A stretch of DNA of 63,307 nucleotides, counting the filler, from Chiloscyllium plagiosum (taxonomy: Eukaryota), in NCBI RefSeq assembly GCF_004010195.1. It is 5 parts of one record of this genome, joined end to end, with 100 filler letters (N's around TTAATTAATTAA, not from the genome) between each part and the next. Parts side by side here need not be neighbours in the genome. Positions count along the whole stretch, not along the records: positions 23,286 to 44,346 come from NC_057717.1; positions 44,447 to 47,615 come from NC_057717.1; positions 47,716 to 53,204 come from NC_057717.1; 2 more parts are not named here. One strand, given 5' to 3'. Of the stretch, positions 39,003 through 49,778 are shown piece by piece. The notes under the pieces are model-generated. The model was not told where the DNA came from, ran no database searches, and saw only the letters and a program-made list of their open reading frames with translations. Made by a program: the position numbers and the translations under genes. Numbering within the stretch: position 1 is the stretch's first letter; each line of letters opens with the position of its first letter.

Positions 39003-39157
39003 TTCACGGCCTCAGGGATCTCTTCTGGCTGCCAATTGAACAGTATCGGAAAGACGGGCGTATTATCCGGGGCCTGCAGCGAGGGGCTGCATCCTTTGGG
39101 ACCTCCACCGCCTCTGCAGCTTTGGAGCTGAGCAACCGGCTGGTGCAGGCCATCCAG
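39003..39157 (+). CDS. ATG2A: Autophagy-related protein 2A, internal exon (155 nt)
   Basis: CAG, then TT+HGLRDLFWLPIEQYRKDGRIIRGLQRGAASFGTSTASAALELSNRLVQAIQ, then GTAAGC. Confidence 0.96.
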
Positions 39158-39524
39158 GTAAGCCTGTGTGCCGCGCCACCACCCCCCCCCCCCCGATCGA
39201 ATAGCTGTCCCACCCGATTCAGCCTGGCTGCGGGAATTGGCGCTTTTTGCAACCTCAGCTGGGCCGGGCTGCCGGCCTGGGAAGGTTCAGCACGCGCTAT
39301 CTCCCTGAGGTAAATGCCCCCTCCAATTCCGGCCTGTTTCCCACTGCCATTGAAGACGTCAGGGTCAGGTGGAAGTCCCTGGAACCTCCTGACGTATATG
39401 AAGACAGCAATCCCCTGCTTATCGAAAGTTCGCTCTGTGTCCCTTTGTGTTTGCGAGAGACTGTACCTGTCTTTGCTCACCGGATAGAAATCTGCAGAGG
39501 ATTTTCGCTTTCATGAGAAAGGGT

Positions 39525-39843
39525 TAAAAATCACCCTACACCAGGTTCGAGTCCACCTCATTTATTTGGATGCACTACCTTTCGGGGCGCTGCTCCTTCA
39601 TCAGGTGGTTGCAGAGAATGACATTGTAAAACTTAACAAACAATCCCGGTCTTTCTCAGTATGTAATTTCAGTTACATCACACTGTAAACACTTGCGATA
39701 AATTCTGTGTCTTGCAATCTTATTCTCCATAACCCCCTGATGGAGGAGCAGCTCATGCTGCCCCATAAACCTGTTGGACTGTAACCTGGCGTTGTGTGAT
39801 TTTTAACTTTGTCCACCCCCAGTCCAACACCGGCTCCTCCACA
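39525..39843. mobile_element. Small non-coding Penelope derivative with inverted terminal repeats and 14-bp target-site duplication
   Basis: AAAAATCACCCTACACCAGGTT is inverted relative to AACCTGGCGTTGTGTGATTTTT. TCATGAGAAAGGGT occurs at 39511-39524 and 39844-39857. Confidence 0.85.
39573..39607 (-). ncRNA. Minimal type I hammerhead ribozyme-like motif in a Penelope terminal repeat
   Basis: Minus strand reads CAC CUGAUGA A GGAGC agc GCCCC GAAA GGUA GUG: both core boxes, stem II with one mismatch, a GUA triplet and a CAC/GUG stem I. Confidence 0.65.
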
Positions 39844-40100
39844 TCATGAGAAAGGGTGGATTTTTGTTCCCATACAAAATAACGCTTCTTCGCGTTAACG
39901 CCATTCCGGATTCCGAAAGGTTTCACAGGAACCGCCCTACTTTCGGATAGCAGGGGGAATACCTATTTCTGTGTTGGAAGTCTTACCGAAACCGGGAATG
40001 GTGCTGGTGAGATCGCACCTGCAGCGCTGTGAGCAGTTTTGATTCGTATTTAAGGGAGAATATAATCTCATTGGAGGCCGTTCAAAGAAGATTCATTGGT

Positions 40101-40404
40101 GGGCGGCACGGTGGCACAGTGGTTAGCACCGCTGCCTCACAGCGCCAGAGACCCGGGTTCGATTCCCGCCTCAGGCGACTGACTGTGTGGAGTTTGCACA
40201 TTCTCCCCCCCGTGTCTGCGTGGGGTTTCCTCCGGGTGCTCCGGTTTCCTCCCACAGTCCAAAGATGTGCAGGTTAGGCTGGATTGGCCAGGCTAAATTG
40301 CCCGTAGTGTTAGGTTAGGGGTAAGGGTGGGTTGCGCTTTGGCGGCTCGGTGTGGACTTGTTGGGCCGAAGGGCCTGTTTCCAACACTGTAATCTAATCT
40401 AATC
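40101..40404 (+). mobile_element. Full-length young HE1/V-SINE-type SINE
   Basis: A box TGGCACAGTGG, B box GGTTCGATTCC, V-domain and (TAATC)3 tail. Confidence 0.95.
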
Positions 40405-40414
40405 TTTGTACGGT

Positions 40415-40905
40415 GTTATAGAGTCATTGAGGTCTCCAGCGTGGAATCAGGCCTGATTTAAATCGCTCAGTTTTCACAATTTAAACTCGTCCCATTACTT
40501 GGGTTTGGTCCCTATCCCTCCATACCTATCCCATCCATCGAAATGATGAATTTTGCACTCACATCCACCACTCTGGCAGCCTGTTCCAGACACCCACCAC
40601 CCTCTGTGTGAAACAATTACCCCTCCGGCCCCCTTTCGTATCTCTCGCCTCTCACCTTAAACCTATGCCCTCTCGTTTTAGACAGCCCCAGAACGGGGAA
40701 TAGCTGTCAGCTGTCTACCTCATCCATGCCCCTCGTGATTTTATCGACCTTTGTAAGATCACCCCCTCAGTCTCCCCAGGAAGAGAGTACCCAGCCTATC
40801 CAACCTCTCCTCATAACTCAAACCTTCCAGTCCAGGTAACGACCAAGTAAATCTTTTCTGCACTCCTTCTAGTTTAATAATATCCTGTTGATAGTAGGGC
40901 AACCA
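40415..40905 (-). mobile_element. CR1 3' part
   Basis: QDIIKLEGVQKRFTWSLPGLEGLSYEERLDRLG on the minus strand. Confidence 0.88.
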
Positions 40906-40914
40906 AAGGTTAAA

Positions 40915-41190
40915 AAGATTGGGACAATACTCACTGGAGTTTAAAACAGCAAAAGGTGATCCAGTTGAAAAGTCAAGTATTCTTAAGGGGCTTGCCAGGA
41001 GAAATGCTGAGAGGATATTTCCCCTCATGGGGCAGTCTAGGACCAGAGGGCAGAGCCTCCGAATGCAGGGGTACCGACCTCAGACTGAGATGAGGAGGAA
41101 TTCCTCCTCTCCAAAGGTTGTGAGTCTTTGGAACCTTTTGCCCCAGAGAGCTGGGATGGTCAGAGTCCCTGTGTACACTGAAGGCTGAGA
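40915..41190 (+). mobile_element. CR1 3' fragment running into a minisatellite
   Basis: GQSRTRGQSLR...VVSLWNLLPQRA. Confidence 0.85.
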
Positions 41191-41461
41191 TAGAGTCCCT
41201 GTGTATACTGAAGGCTGAGATAGCGTCCTTGTGTATACTGAAGGCCTAGATAGCGTCCTTGTGTATACTGAAGGCCGAGATAGCGTCCTCGTGTATACTG
41301 AAGGCCGAGATAGCGTCCTTGTGTATACTGAAGGCCGAGATAGCGTCCTCATGTATTCTGAAGGCCGAGATAGAGTCCCTGTGCATACTGAAGGCCGAGA
41401 TAGAGTCCTCGTGTATACTGAAGGCCGAGATAGCGTCCTCATGTATTCTGAAGGCCGAGAT
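41162..41461. repeat. 30-bp minisatellite, at least 10 copies, continuing into a gap
   Basis: Unit AGCGTCCTCGTGTATACTGAAGGCCGAGAT. Confidence 0.95.
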
Positions 41462-42229
41462 NNNNNNNNNNNNNNNNNNNNNNNNNNNNNNNNNNNNNNN
41501 NNNNNNNNNNNNNNNNNNNNNNNNNNNNNNNNNNNNNNNNNNNNNNNNNNNNNNNNNNNNNNNNNNNNNNNNNNNNNNNNNNNNNNNNNNNNNNNNNNNN
41601 NNNNNNNNNNNNNNNNNNNNNNNNNNNNNNNNNNNNNNNNNNNNNNNNNNNNNNNNNNNNNNNNNNNNNNNNNNNNNNNNNNNNNNNNNNNNNNNNNNNN
41701 NNNNNNNNNNNNNNNNNNNNNNNNNNNNNNNNNNNNNNNNNNNNNNNNNNNNNNNNNNNNNNNNNNNNNNNNNNNNNNNNNNNNNNNNNNNNNNNNNNNN
41801 NNNNNNNNNNNNNNNNNNNNNNNNNNNNNNNNNNNNNNNNNNNNNNNNNNNNNNNNNNNNNNNNNNNNNNNNNNNNNNNNNNNNNNNNNNNNNNNNNNNN
41901 NNNNNNNNNNNNNNNNNNNNNNNNNNNNNNNNNNNNNNNNNNNNNNNNNNNNNNNNNNNNNGGGGGGGGGTTTGGATTCGACCTGGGGCTCCTCTGCGTT
42001 GCTCATCCAGTCATGGCACCGCTGTCGGAACATTCAACCGGGGTTTGAGACCACGAAGAGCCTTTTATCGTCAAGAAGCGAGCGACGCTTTATGTGTTAT
42101 CCCTCCAAGTCAGAACCCCTTGGGGGTCTTGGGTCTGATCCAATCCAACTCCATTCCAGACTATTTTAATCGCAAGTACTTTTGGCATAGCTCGGTCTTT
42201 ATTTACATCGGATGAGGAAGTTTAAAGTC

Positions 42230-42850
42230 ACAACGAGAAAGAAAGGCAGTCGTTTTTGCTAAACAAGGTAGGTATGTGCGTCTCAATTGGGTTGGTATCG
42301 GCACTTTTGGAATATTACATGCAAATTCGGTCTCCCCGTTGGAAGAAGGATGTTGTGAAAGATTTACAAGGATGGTGCCAGGGTTGGAGGGTTTGAGTTA
42401 CAGGGAGAGGCTGAACAGGCTGGGGCTGTTTTCCCTGGAGCGTCGGAGGCTGAGGGGTGACCTTATAGAGGTTTACAAAATCATGAGGCGGTTTAGGGTG
42501 AGAGGGGAAAGATATAAAAGAGACCTAAGGGGCAACTTTTTCACACAGAGGGTGGTACGTGTATGGAATGAGCTGCCAGAGGAAGTGGTGGAGGCTGGTA
42601 CAATGACAACATTTAAGAGGCATCTGGATGGGGACATGAATAGGAAGGGTTTGGAGGGATATGGGCCGGGTGCTGGCAAATGGGACCAGATTAATTTAGG
42701 ATATCTGGTCGGCATGGACAGGTTGGGCCGAAGCGTCTCTTTCCGTGCTGTTCATCTCTATGACTTTGAATGGGACTGGATTAATTGAGATATCGGGTTG
42801 GCATGGACAGATTGGGCCGAAGGGACTGTTTCCGTGCTGGATTATCTCGA
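42230..42850 (+). mobile_element. CR1 3' part with internal deletion and partly duplicated tail
   Basis: RFTRMVPGLEGLSYRERL...FKRHLD; the tail motif is repeated at about 42780-42850. Confidence 0.9.
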
Positions 42851-43619
42851 TGGCGGAGCGAGTGATACACAGGAAGAGTCCGTGACTGACCCAATTGGAG
42901 CACAGGGCGGCTCTCTGGTGTTGTCTTTCGATACAAAGATCAGAGCATTCCTGGACTGACCGGGAAGGAGTTCTGGGCAGAATTGTGGGGGGGTGGGGGG
43001 TGGGGGGTTGGGGGAAGTCAGTCAACGTTCTCGCAACGTTGAGGAACAGTTCAGGCTGACGAGAGAGGAGCGAGTTCCGTGGCTCACAAGGGTGTAACCC
43101 CATCCAAGGGGATCATGGCTGACCGCCCGACCCAGTCCCCCCCCCCCGTTCCCCGCTGTCTCCCTTCAGCCCCGAGAACTCGATCCAACTCCTTCCTCAA
43201 AACATTCGATGTTTCGGCCCCTACCCCTCTCTATGTGACAGAGAATCCCACAGGCTCCCCCACCCCGCAATCTCTGGGGGAAGACATTACTCCCCATCTC
43301 AGTCTGAAATGGCTCCCACCCCCGTCATCCTTAGACTATGACGCCTCCCACCACCCCCCCCCCCCCACCCCAATTCTGGACTTCCTGAGTCATCGGGAGC
43401 ATCCTTGATCCTGTCTGGTCCTGTTGGGATTTTATTGCTTTCTCCGAGATGTCCTTCCTCGGTCTTCTCAAACCCCCCTCCCAGTGAGTACAGATCGAAC
43501 CAATCCAGTCTCTCCTCATACTATCCCAGACATCTCCGGAGTGTTTGAAGGGGCTCCTGTTTGGCAGTGGTAGTGTCCTTGCCTTTAGGTCAGAAGGTGC
43601 CTGGGTTCAATGCCCACTG

Positions 43620-43846
43620 GGCAACAGGCCACTCAGCCCACCGAAACCACACTGATTCACCGATAAGCACTCACAACCTCATCTCTGAAACCCTGCATTT
43701 CCCATGGCCAATCCACCCTAACCTGCACACCTTTGGACTGTGGGAGGAAAATGGAGCACCCAGAGGAAACCCCACGCAGACAGTCGCCCGAGGATGGGAT
43801 TGAACCTGGGTCCCTGCTGCTGTGAGGCTGCAGTGCTAACCACTGA
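43620..43846 (-). mobile_element. HE1-type SINE fragment
   Basis: Reverse complement of the V-SINE core and tRNA head. Confidence 0.8.
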
Positions 43847-43859
43847 TGAGTTCAAACTT

Positions 43860-44346
43860 ATGTGAGAGAATGTGAGCATTAGAGTGAGTGCGTGTGTGTG
43901 TGACAGTGTGTGTGTGTAACTGAGAGTGAGTGCATGTGTGTGTGTGAATAAGAGTGCGTGTGCATGTGCGCATCAGTGTGAGACTGTGTATCTGTGTGTG
44001 AGAGTGTCAGTGTGAGACTGTGTATCTGTGTGTGAGAGAGTGTCAGTGTGAGACTGTGTATCTGTGTGTGTGAGAGAGTGTCAGTGTGTGTGTATCTGTG
44101 TGTGAGTGTGTCAGTGTGAGACTGTGTATCTGTGTGTGAGTGTGTCAGTGTGAGACTGTGTATCTGTGTGTGAGTGTGTCAGTGTGAGACTGTGTATCTG
44201 TGTGTGAGTGTGTCAGTGTGAGACTGTGTATCTGTGTGTGAGTGTGTCAGTGTGAGACTGTGTATCTGTGTGTGAGTGTGTCAGTGTGAGACTGTGTATC
44301 TGTGTGTGAGAGAGTGTCAGTGTGAGACTGTGTATCTGTGTGTGAG
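43860..44346. repeat. TG-rich compound micro/minisatellite (about 34-bp higher-order unit)
   Basis: TGTGAGACTGTGTATCTGTGTGTGAGTGTGTCAG is repeated. Confidence 0.95.
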
Positions 44347-44446
44347 NNNNNNNNNNNNNNNNNNNNNNNNNNNNNNNNNNNNNNNNNNNNTTAATTAATT
44401 AANNNNNNNNNNNNNNNNNNNNNNNNNNNNNNNNNNNNNNNNNNNN
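44347..44446. other. Artificial scaffold spacer
   Basis: 44N-TTAATTAATTAA-44N. Confidence 0.98.
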
Positions 44447-45319
44447 CCTCCTCCTCCTCTCCTCCCAGCCCCCCACTTACTCTCTCTCTCTCTCTCTCTT
44501 TTCGATTCGATTCGGAAAAAAATGGATCTCACTGACAAAACCGTTTGCCATCATACACTTTCCCTGCGGGGTCTCTCTCTCTCTCTCTCTCTTTTCGATT
44601 CGATTCGGAAAAAAATGGATCTCACTGACAAAACCGTTTGCCATCATACACTTTCCCTGCGGGGCCCACTCCACACGAAGGGAGCTACCTAAAGGCGAGT
44701 TCTTGTTGTCTGGTTTGCACGCACGTGTCGCTGAGGTGGGGCGGTGTGTATATGTTCTGGACCCTCAATATCCCCCCCCCCCCACCACCCCCCTCCCTTC
44801 CCTGTCATTGTGGTTCAGGGTTCCCCCATCCATCCATCGCTCTGGGTCACCCGTCAGATGAATTAGCAACAATCTCTTGTTCGATAAATCTTTCACCCCC
44901 CTCCCCCCACCGCCGAATGGAAACAACTTTCCTATGTCCAGTCTTGCGAGCCCGTGAAGATCTTTGTTAATCGCTGCCACAATACTACTTTCTAGAGAAC
45001 AGCAACCACTTCCCCTTTTCGCTTAGTCCGGCCGCTGGGGCCCAGTCATTATCTCAAGTAAAAAGTAGACCGGAAGGCCCCCCCCACCCCCGCCATCCCG
45101 AGCGATAGAAGCTTCTAGAAAAGTCCAGAAGGGTGGCCCCAAAAGGCGTACTCTACGATGACGGAAAAACATGGACAATTGGAGAAAATTGGGAAGTGGT
45201 TATGGGGTCTTCGAGACGGTTGCTAGGCCTTACTGAAGCCTAGATTCATAGGCCCGTGTTCCTCTACACTGGTGTTAGGGGAAGTTCAATGGGACAGGAG
45301 ATCCTACCCATTTTAAAAA

Positions 45320-45642
45320 TATTCATTTTGCTTTTAATTCACTCACGGAGGGTCTTTATTGCCCGGGGTGGGGGGACAGTTAAGTGTCAACCCCTTTGCT
45401 GTGGGTCCAGTCATGTGTAGGCCCAGACCAGGGAAGGATGGCAGATTCCTTCCCTAAATTAGTGAACCATTTTGGGTTTCTCTGACAATCAACAATGGAT
45501 TCACGATCATCTTTAGATCCTTAATTCCAGAGTTTTTATTGAATTCAAATCCCACTGCCTGGGGGATTCGAACACGAGTCCCCGAATCATTAACTGGGTC
45601 TCTGGATAAACAGGTCAGGTGACTGTACCACTAGACCTCCTG
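45320..45642 (-). mobile_element. tRNA-derived SINE (second family)
   Basis: Same core as 28099-28430, with reverse-complement B box GGATTCGAAC. Confidence 0.78.
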
Positions 45643-45837
45643 GGGGCAGAGGGTGGGAGATTGGGGAGGGGGGGGGGGGGGGCACTATTAACCAAAATGG
45701 GGCAGGATTCCAGCTCAGGGGGTTAGGCCTGCGAGGGTGCCCATGGCGAACATTGAAATGAGAAGCCTGATCAGGCCATTCAGCCCATCCTGTCTACTCT
45801 CCCATTCGATATAATCGTGACTGATCTCGTCTCCGCC

Positions 45838-46155
45838 TCAAATGTTGTCATTGTACCACTTCCTCTGGCAGATCATTCCATACACGTACCACCCTCTGTG
45901 TGAAAAGGTTGCCCCTTAGATCTCGTTTATATCTTTCCCCTCTCACCCTAAACCTATGCCCCTCTAGTTCCAGACTCCCCATCCCAGGGAAAAGACTTTG
46001 CCTATTTACCCTAACCATGGCCCCTCACGACTTTATAAAGTTCTATAAGGTCACCCCTCAGCCTCCGACGCTCCAGGGAAAACAGCTCCAGCCTGTTCAG
46101 CCTCTCCCTGTAGCTCAAACCCTCCAACCCTGGCACCATTCTTGTAAATTCTTTA
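45838..46155 (-). mobile_element. CR1 3' fragment
   Basis: FTRMVPGLEGLSYRERLNRL on the minus strand. Confidence 0.9.
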
Positions 46156-46164
46156 CGCACCCTG

Positions 46165-46526
46165 TCCAGTGGCTCAGTGGTTAGCCGGGTTCGATGCCAC
46201 CCTCGGGCAACTGTCTGTGTGGAGTTTGCATATTCTCCCCGTGACTGTGTGGGTTTCCTCCCACAGTCCAAAGATGTGCAGGTTGGGGTGGATTGGCCGT
46301 GCTAAATTGTCCCATAGTGTCCAGGGATGTGCAGGTTAGGGTGGATTGGCCGTGCTAAATTGTCCCATAGTGCCCAGGGATGTGCAGGTTAGGGTGTATT
46401 AGTCAGGGGTAAATGTCGAGTAATGGGGTAGAGGAATGGATCTGGAAGGGTTGCTCCTCGGAGAGTCAGTGTGGGCTTGTTGGGCCAAATGGCCTGTTCC
46501 CACAGTGCAGGGACTCTATGATTCTA
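46165..46526 (+). mobile_element. HE1-type SINE with an internal duplication of about 55 bp
   Basis: V-SINE core; the GATGTGCAGGTT...CCCATAGTG block is repeated. Confidence 0.85.
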
Positions 46527-47057
46527 CAGTCAGGTGACCAGAACTGCATCAGAAAGTCTGCTTCGGGGTGCAGGAAGTGTTTGATGTGTCTCACTGTGTG
46601 TATGAGAGAGAGAGAGACTGACAGGCAAGAGACAGAGAGGGAGAGGGAGAGGGAGGGCAGGTACGAACAGGTAAAAGTGGTTTCCTGGCTGGTTTGCAGT
46701 CAGTGAAGGGTTAAATCAGACTGCATCAAACTGAAAGCAGAGACACAAAGGCAGCCCTTTGTCAAACGTTGACGCAAGTGGGAGTTCGGCTGCAGAAACC
46801 GCAGTGGAAACTCTGAGAGCACTTGGTTCAGAGCCAGAGACATGGGGTTTCCTCTGAGCGCCATGCCCCCATGTCAGCACACTCTCCCCTCCCCACCCCT
46901 CCCCCCCCATTAACATCTTTCTCACACGAATTCACAGCCTCGCAATTGCTCATCGCCTCGGATCAGCAGCAGGAAGCGATTCACAGTGCACCGTCTGCTT
47001 CAGCACAACAAACACCCACAGGAGGCTATCCTCAAAGGCTTCCACTCAGAGGCAGTG

Positions 47058-47615
47058 GCTCCCTCAGCACTGACCCTCCGACAGTGCGGCACTCCCTCAT
47101 TACTGACCCTCCGACAGTGCCGCACTCCCTCAGTACTGACCCTCCGACAGTGTGGCACTCCCTCAGTACTGATCCTCCGACAGTGCGGCACTCCCTCAGT
47201 ATGTCCCTCCGACAGTGCGGCAATCCCTCAGTACTGACCCTCCGACAGTGCTGCAATCCCTCAGTACTGACCCTCCGACGGTGCGGCACTCCCTCAGTAC
47301 TGACCCTCCGACAATGCGGCACTCCCTCAGTACTGACCCATTGACAGTGCGGCACTCCCTCAGTACTGACCCTCCGACAATGCTAGACTCCTGCAGCACT
47401 GACCCACCGACAATGTGGCACTCCCTCAGCACTGACCCTCCGACAGTGGGGTACTCCCTCAGTACTGACCCTCCAACAGTGTGGCACTCCCTCAGCACTG
47501 ACCCTCCGACAGTGCGGCACTCCCTCAGCACTGACCCATCGACAGTGCGGCACTCCCTCAGCACTGACCCTCCGACAGTGCGGCACTCCCTCAGCACTGA
47601 CCCTCCGACAGTGCG
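47058..47615. repeat. 33-bp minisatellite, about 17 copies
   Basis: Unit ACTCCCTCAGTACTGACCCTCCGACAGTGCGGC. Confidence 0.97.
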
Positions 47616-47715
47616 NNNNNNNNNNNNNNNNNNNNNNNNNNNNNNNNNNNNNNNNNNNNTTAATTAATTAANNNNNNNNNNNNNNNNNNNNNNNNNNNNN
47701 NNNNNNNNNNNNNNN
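47616..47715. other. Artificial scaffold spacer
   Basis: 44N-TTAATTAATTAA-44N. Confidence 0.98.
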
Positions 47716-47839
47716 CTTGTTTCTGTTAGTGGCCGAATTATTTCAAGATTTAACATTAATACCTGACAGTCGTTTCTTCAAGCAATATGGCTGCTTACTA
47801 TGACAAACGTCCTTGTCGTACGAAACATCGATGAGGGGA

Positions 47840-48968
47840 AAGTATTCAGTAAGGATGCAGGCGATCAGAGTCAAACAGTCTGGCGTTGGAATGGACACAT
47901 GTCAGGCAGCATGTGTGGAGCAGGGCACTCGACTTTTGGGGGTAAGGGGGCTGATGGATAGATAATTGGAAGGGAGATTTGGGTTGAAGATGGTAGCTAG
48001 AAAGGCGAATGTTGGAGATGAAGTTGTTGGGATATGGTGATTTATCAGAGGGGAGGGTGCAGCAGATAGGTGATACTGATGATGGACATTTCAAGAAGAT
48101 GATGTTAAGATGAAGGTTTGGTTCTGGCATAAAGTGTTGTTTTTTTTAAAATTAATTTTATATGTTTCTATCTATATAAAAATATTTCTTATATTTTGAG
48201 TGTCCCAATGAAGAAGATAAGAAAGAAGATGATGTTAAGATGAAGGTTTGGTTCTGGCATAAAGTGTTGTTTTTTTTTAAAAATTAATTTTATATGTTTC
48301 TATCTATATAAAAATATTTCTTATATTTTGAGTGTCCCAATGAAGAAGATAAGATGTTGTTCCTGAAGGGTGCCGGTGGAGGACATCTAGGAGTGTCAAG
48401 TCTTTGTTGAAAAGGGAAAGGGTTTTACTGTATTCTGCCACAGAGTTGCAGTTTTCTTTAGTGCGTACACCTCACCGCCTGTGTCTGACCACTTCACTCC
48501 CCTCACTTCCCAAGGAAATGCAAGTCCTTTGCTTCCTCCACCGCCAAAGTTTAACGAGTCGTCACCCGGAGGAAGAACTACTTGTCTTCCACCTTGCGAA
48601 TCTCCAACCACACGTGAATCAATGTCTATTTCACCAGTTTACTCATTTCCACTCACACCACCTAATCCAGGATCCAACCCTCCCTCTTGTGATCGCTCAC
48701 TTGGACTGTCCGAGCTTTTCAACTTCCTTTGCACCTGTCCACTGCATCATCCGCTCCAGTCTGACACCGCTATCCACCAACATCTATGAACATCTCTCGA
48801 CTTCCTCACTGCCATATCACAGGACTCAGCCCCTCCCATTTATCTCTTAGCTCCTTGTTCCCATCCTCTACATTCTTGATTAAGAGCTTATGCGCGAAAC
48901 ATCAACTCTACCGCTCCTCAGACGCTGCCTGATCTGCAGGCGTTTATCAGCACCACAATATTTGACTA
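47840..48968. mobile_element. Penelope 3' ends in inverted arrangement (minus then plus), old
   Basis: GAGTCAAACAGTCTGGCGTTGGAA...CAGGCAGCAT on the left mirrors GCTGCCTGATCTG...CAGCACCACAATATTTGACT on the right. Confidence 0.7.
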
Positions 48969-49081
48969 TACAGTGTAAGAGAGATGAGTGAAAATGTCGT
49001 GATTTCCTTGTTTCTGCTCTCGTCGTGTGATCATACCTGAATGACTTCGTTTAAAGGCAGAAGATTGCTTACCCGTTATTT

Positions 49082-49778
49082 TATTATGGAAGAAAGCAAA
49101 CCAGATCCCAACTGCCCCCAACCCAGCCTAGTACAAAGCATTTTATGGGGTGGCATGACCCTAACTTCTGTACTTTCTGAAATGCAAAAGTCATGCGCTG
49201 GAAACTATGTGTGATTCGATATGTCTATCACAAAGCTTTCAGAAAAACATACAGTACGTTTACAGCACAGCTAAAATAACACAAACACACACAAAACGAT
49301 TTAGTAGAACTCTAAACCTTTGACATACTTAACAAGATAATATATTGTCCAAGCACTCGCCGTCAGCTCTTTCACTGTGACCACCTTCACCATAAACATG
49401 CCTTTTGCAAGTGAATTCGTGAACACATGTAATATTCTTATCAGCTGTTTATATCAAGTTCAGGAGAAGAAGCACCAAAAGAAACATTCTCCTCCTTTGA
49501 TTTCGAAGAGGAAGCCATGTTGTCTCAGTCCTCACTCCAGGAGCAGAGAATTCACCCTTTCAGCTCAGACACCCTGGAAAAAGCCATCAAGAGAACCAAA
49601 GTAATTACGTTGAATTTGTGTGAGCTTTATCTGGCTCAATTACTATTCCTTTGTCTTACTGGAAGGAAACACCTCGGGAAAGACCAACGTTGTTGGCCTG
49701 CTTGAATGAGACGTCCAATACAACGATAAATATAAATTTATTGAAGCTTTCTGCAAGGTCCATAATCTGTTCATAACA
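49082..49778. mobile_element. Probable solo LTR
   Basis: About 700-bp block bounded by T(A)TTATGGA...TCATAACA inverted ends; no clear target-site duplication. Confidence 0.4.

Noticed and set aside
40101..40175. tRNA gene
   Set aside because: The A and B boxes are the head of a SINE that continues into a V-domain and LINE-like tail.
44480..44664. Exact tandem duplication of about 93 bp
   Set aside because: The copies are identical, anchored on a CT microsatellite at a contig end; most likely an assembly overlap artefact.
46560..46760. Cluster of ETS-like (CAGGAAGT) and IRF-like (AAACTGAAAG) motifs
   Set aside because: Short motifs occur by chance, and there is no linked gene or conservation evidence in the window.
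48093..48354. Tandem duplication of about 130 bp
   Set aside because: The copies differ only in homopolymer length; probably two alleles or read ends assembled in tandem.
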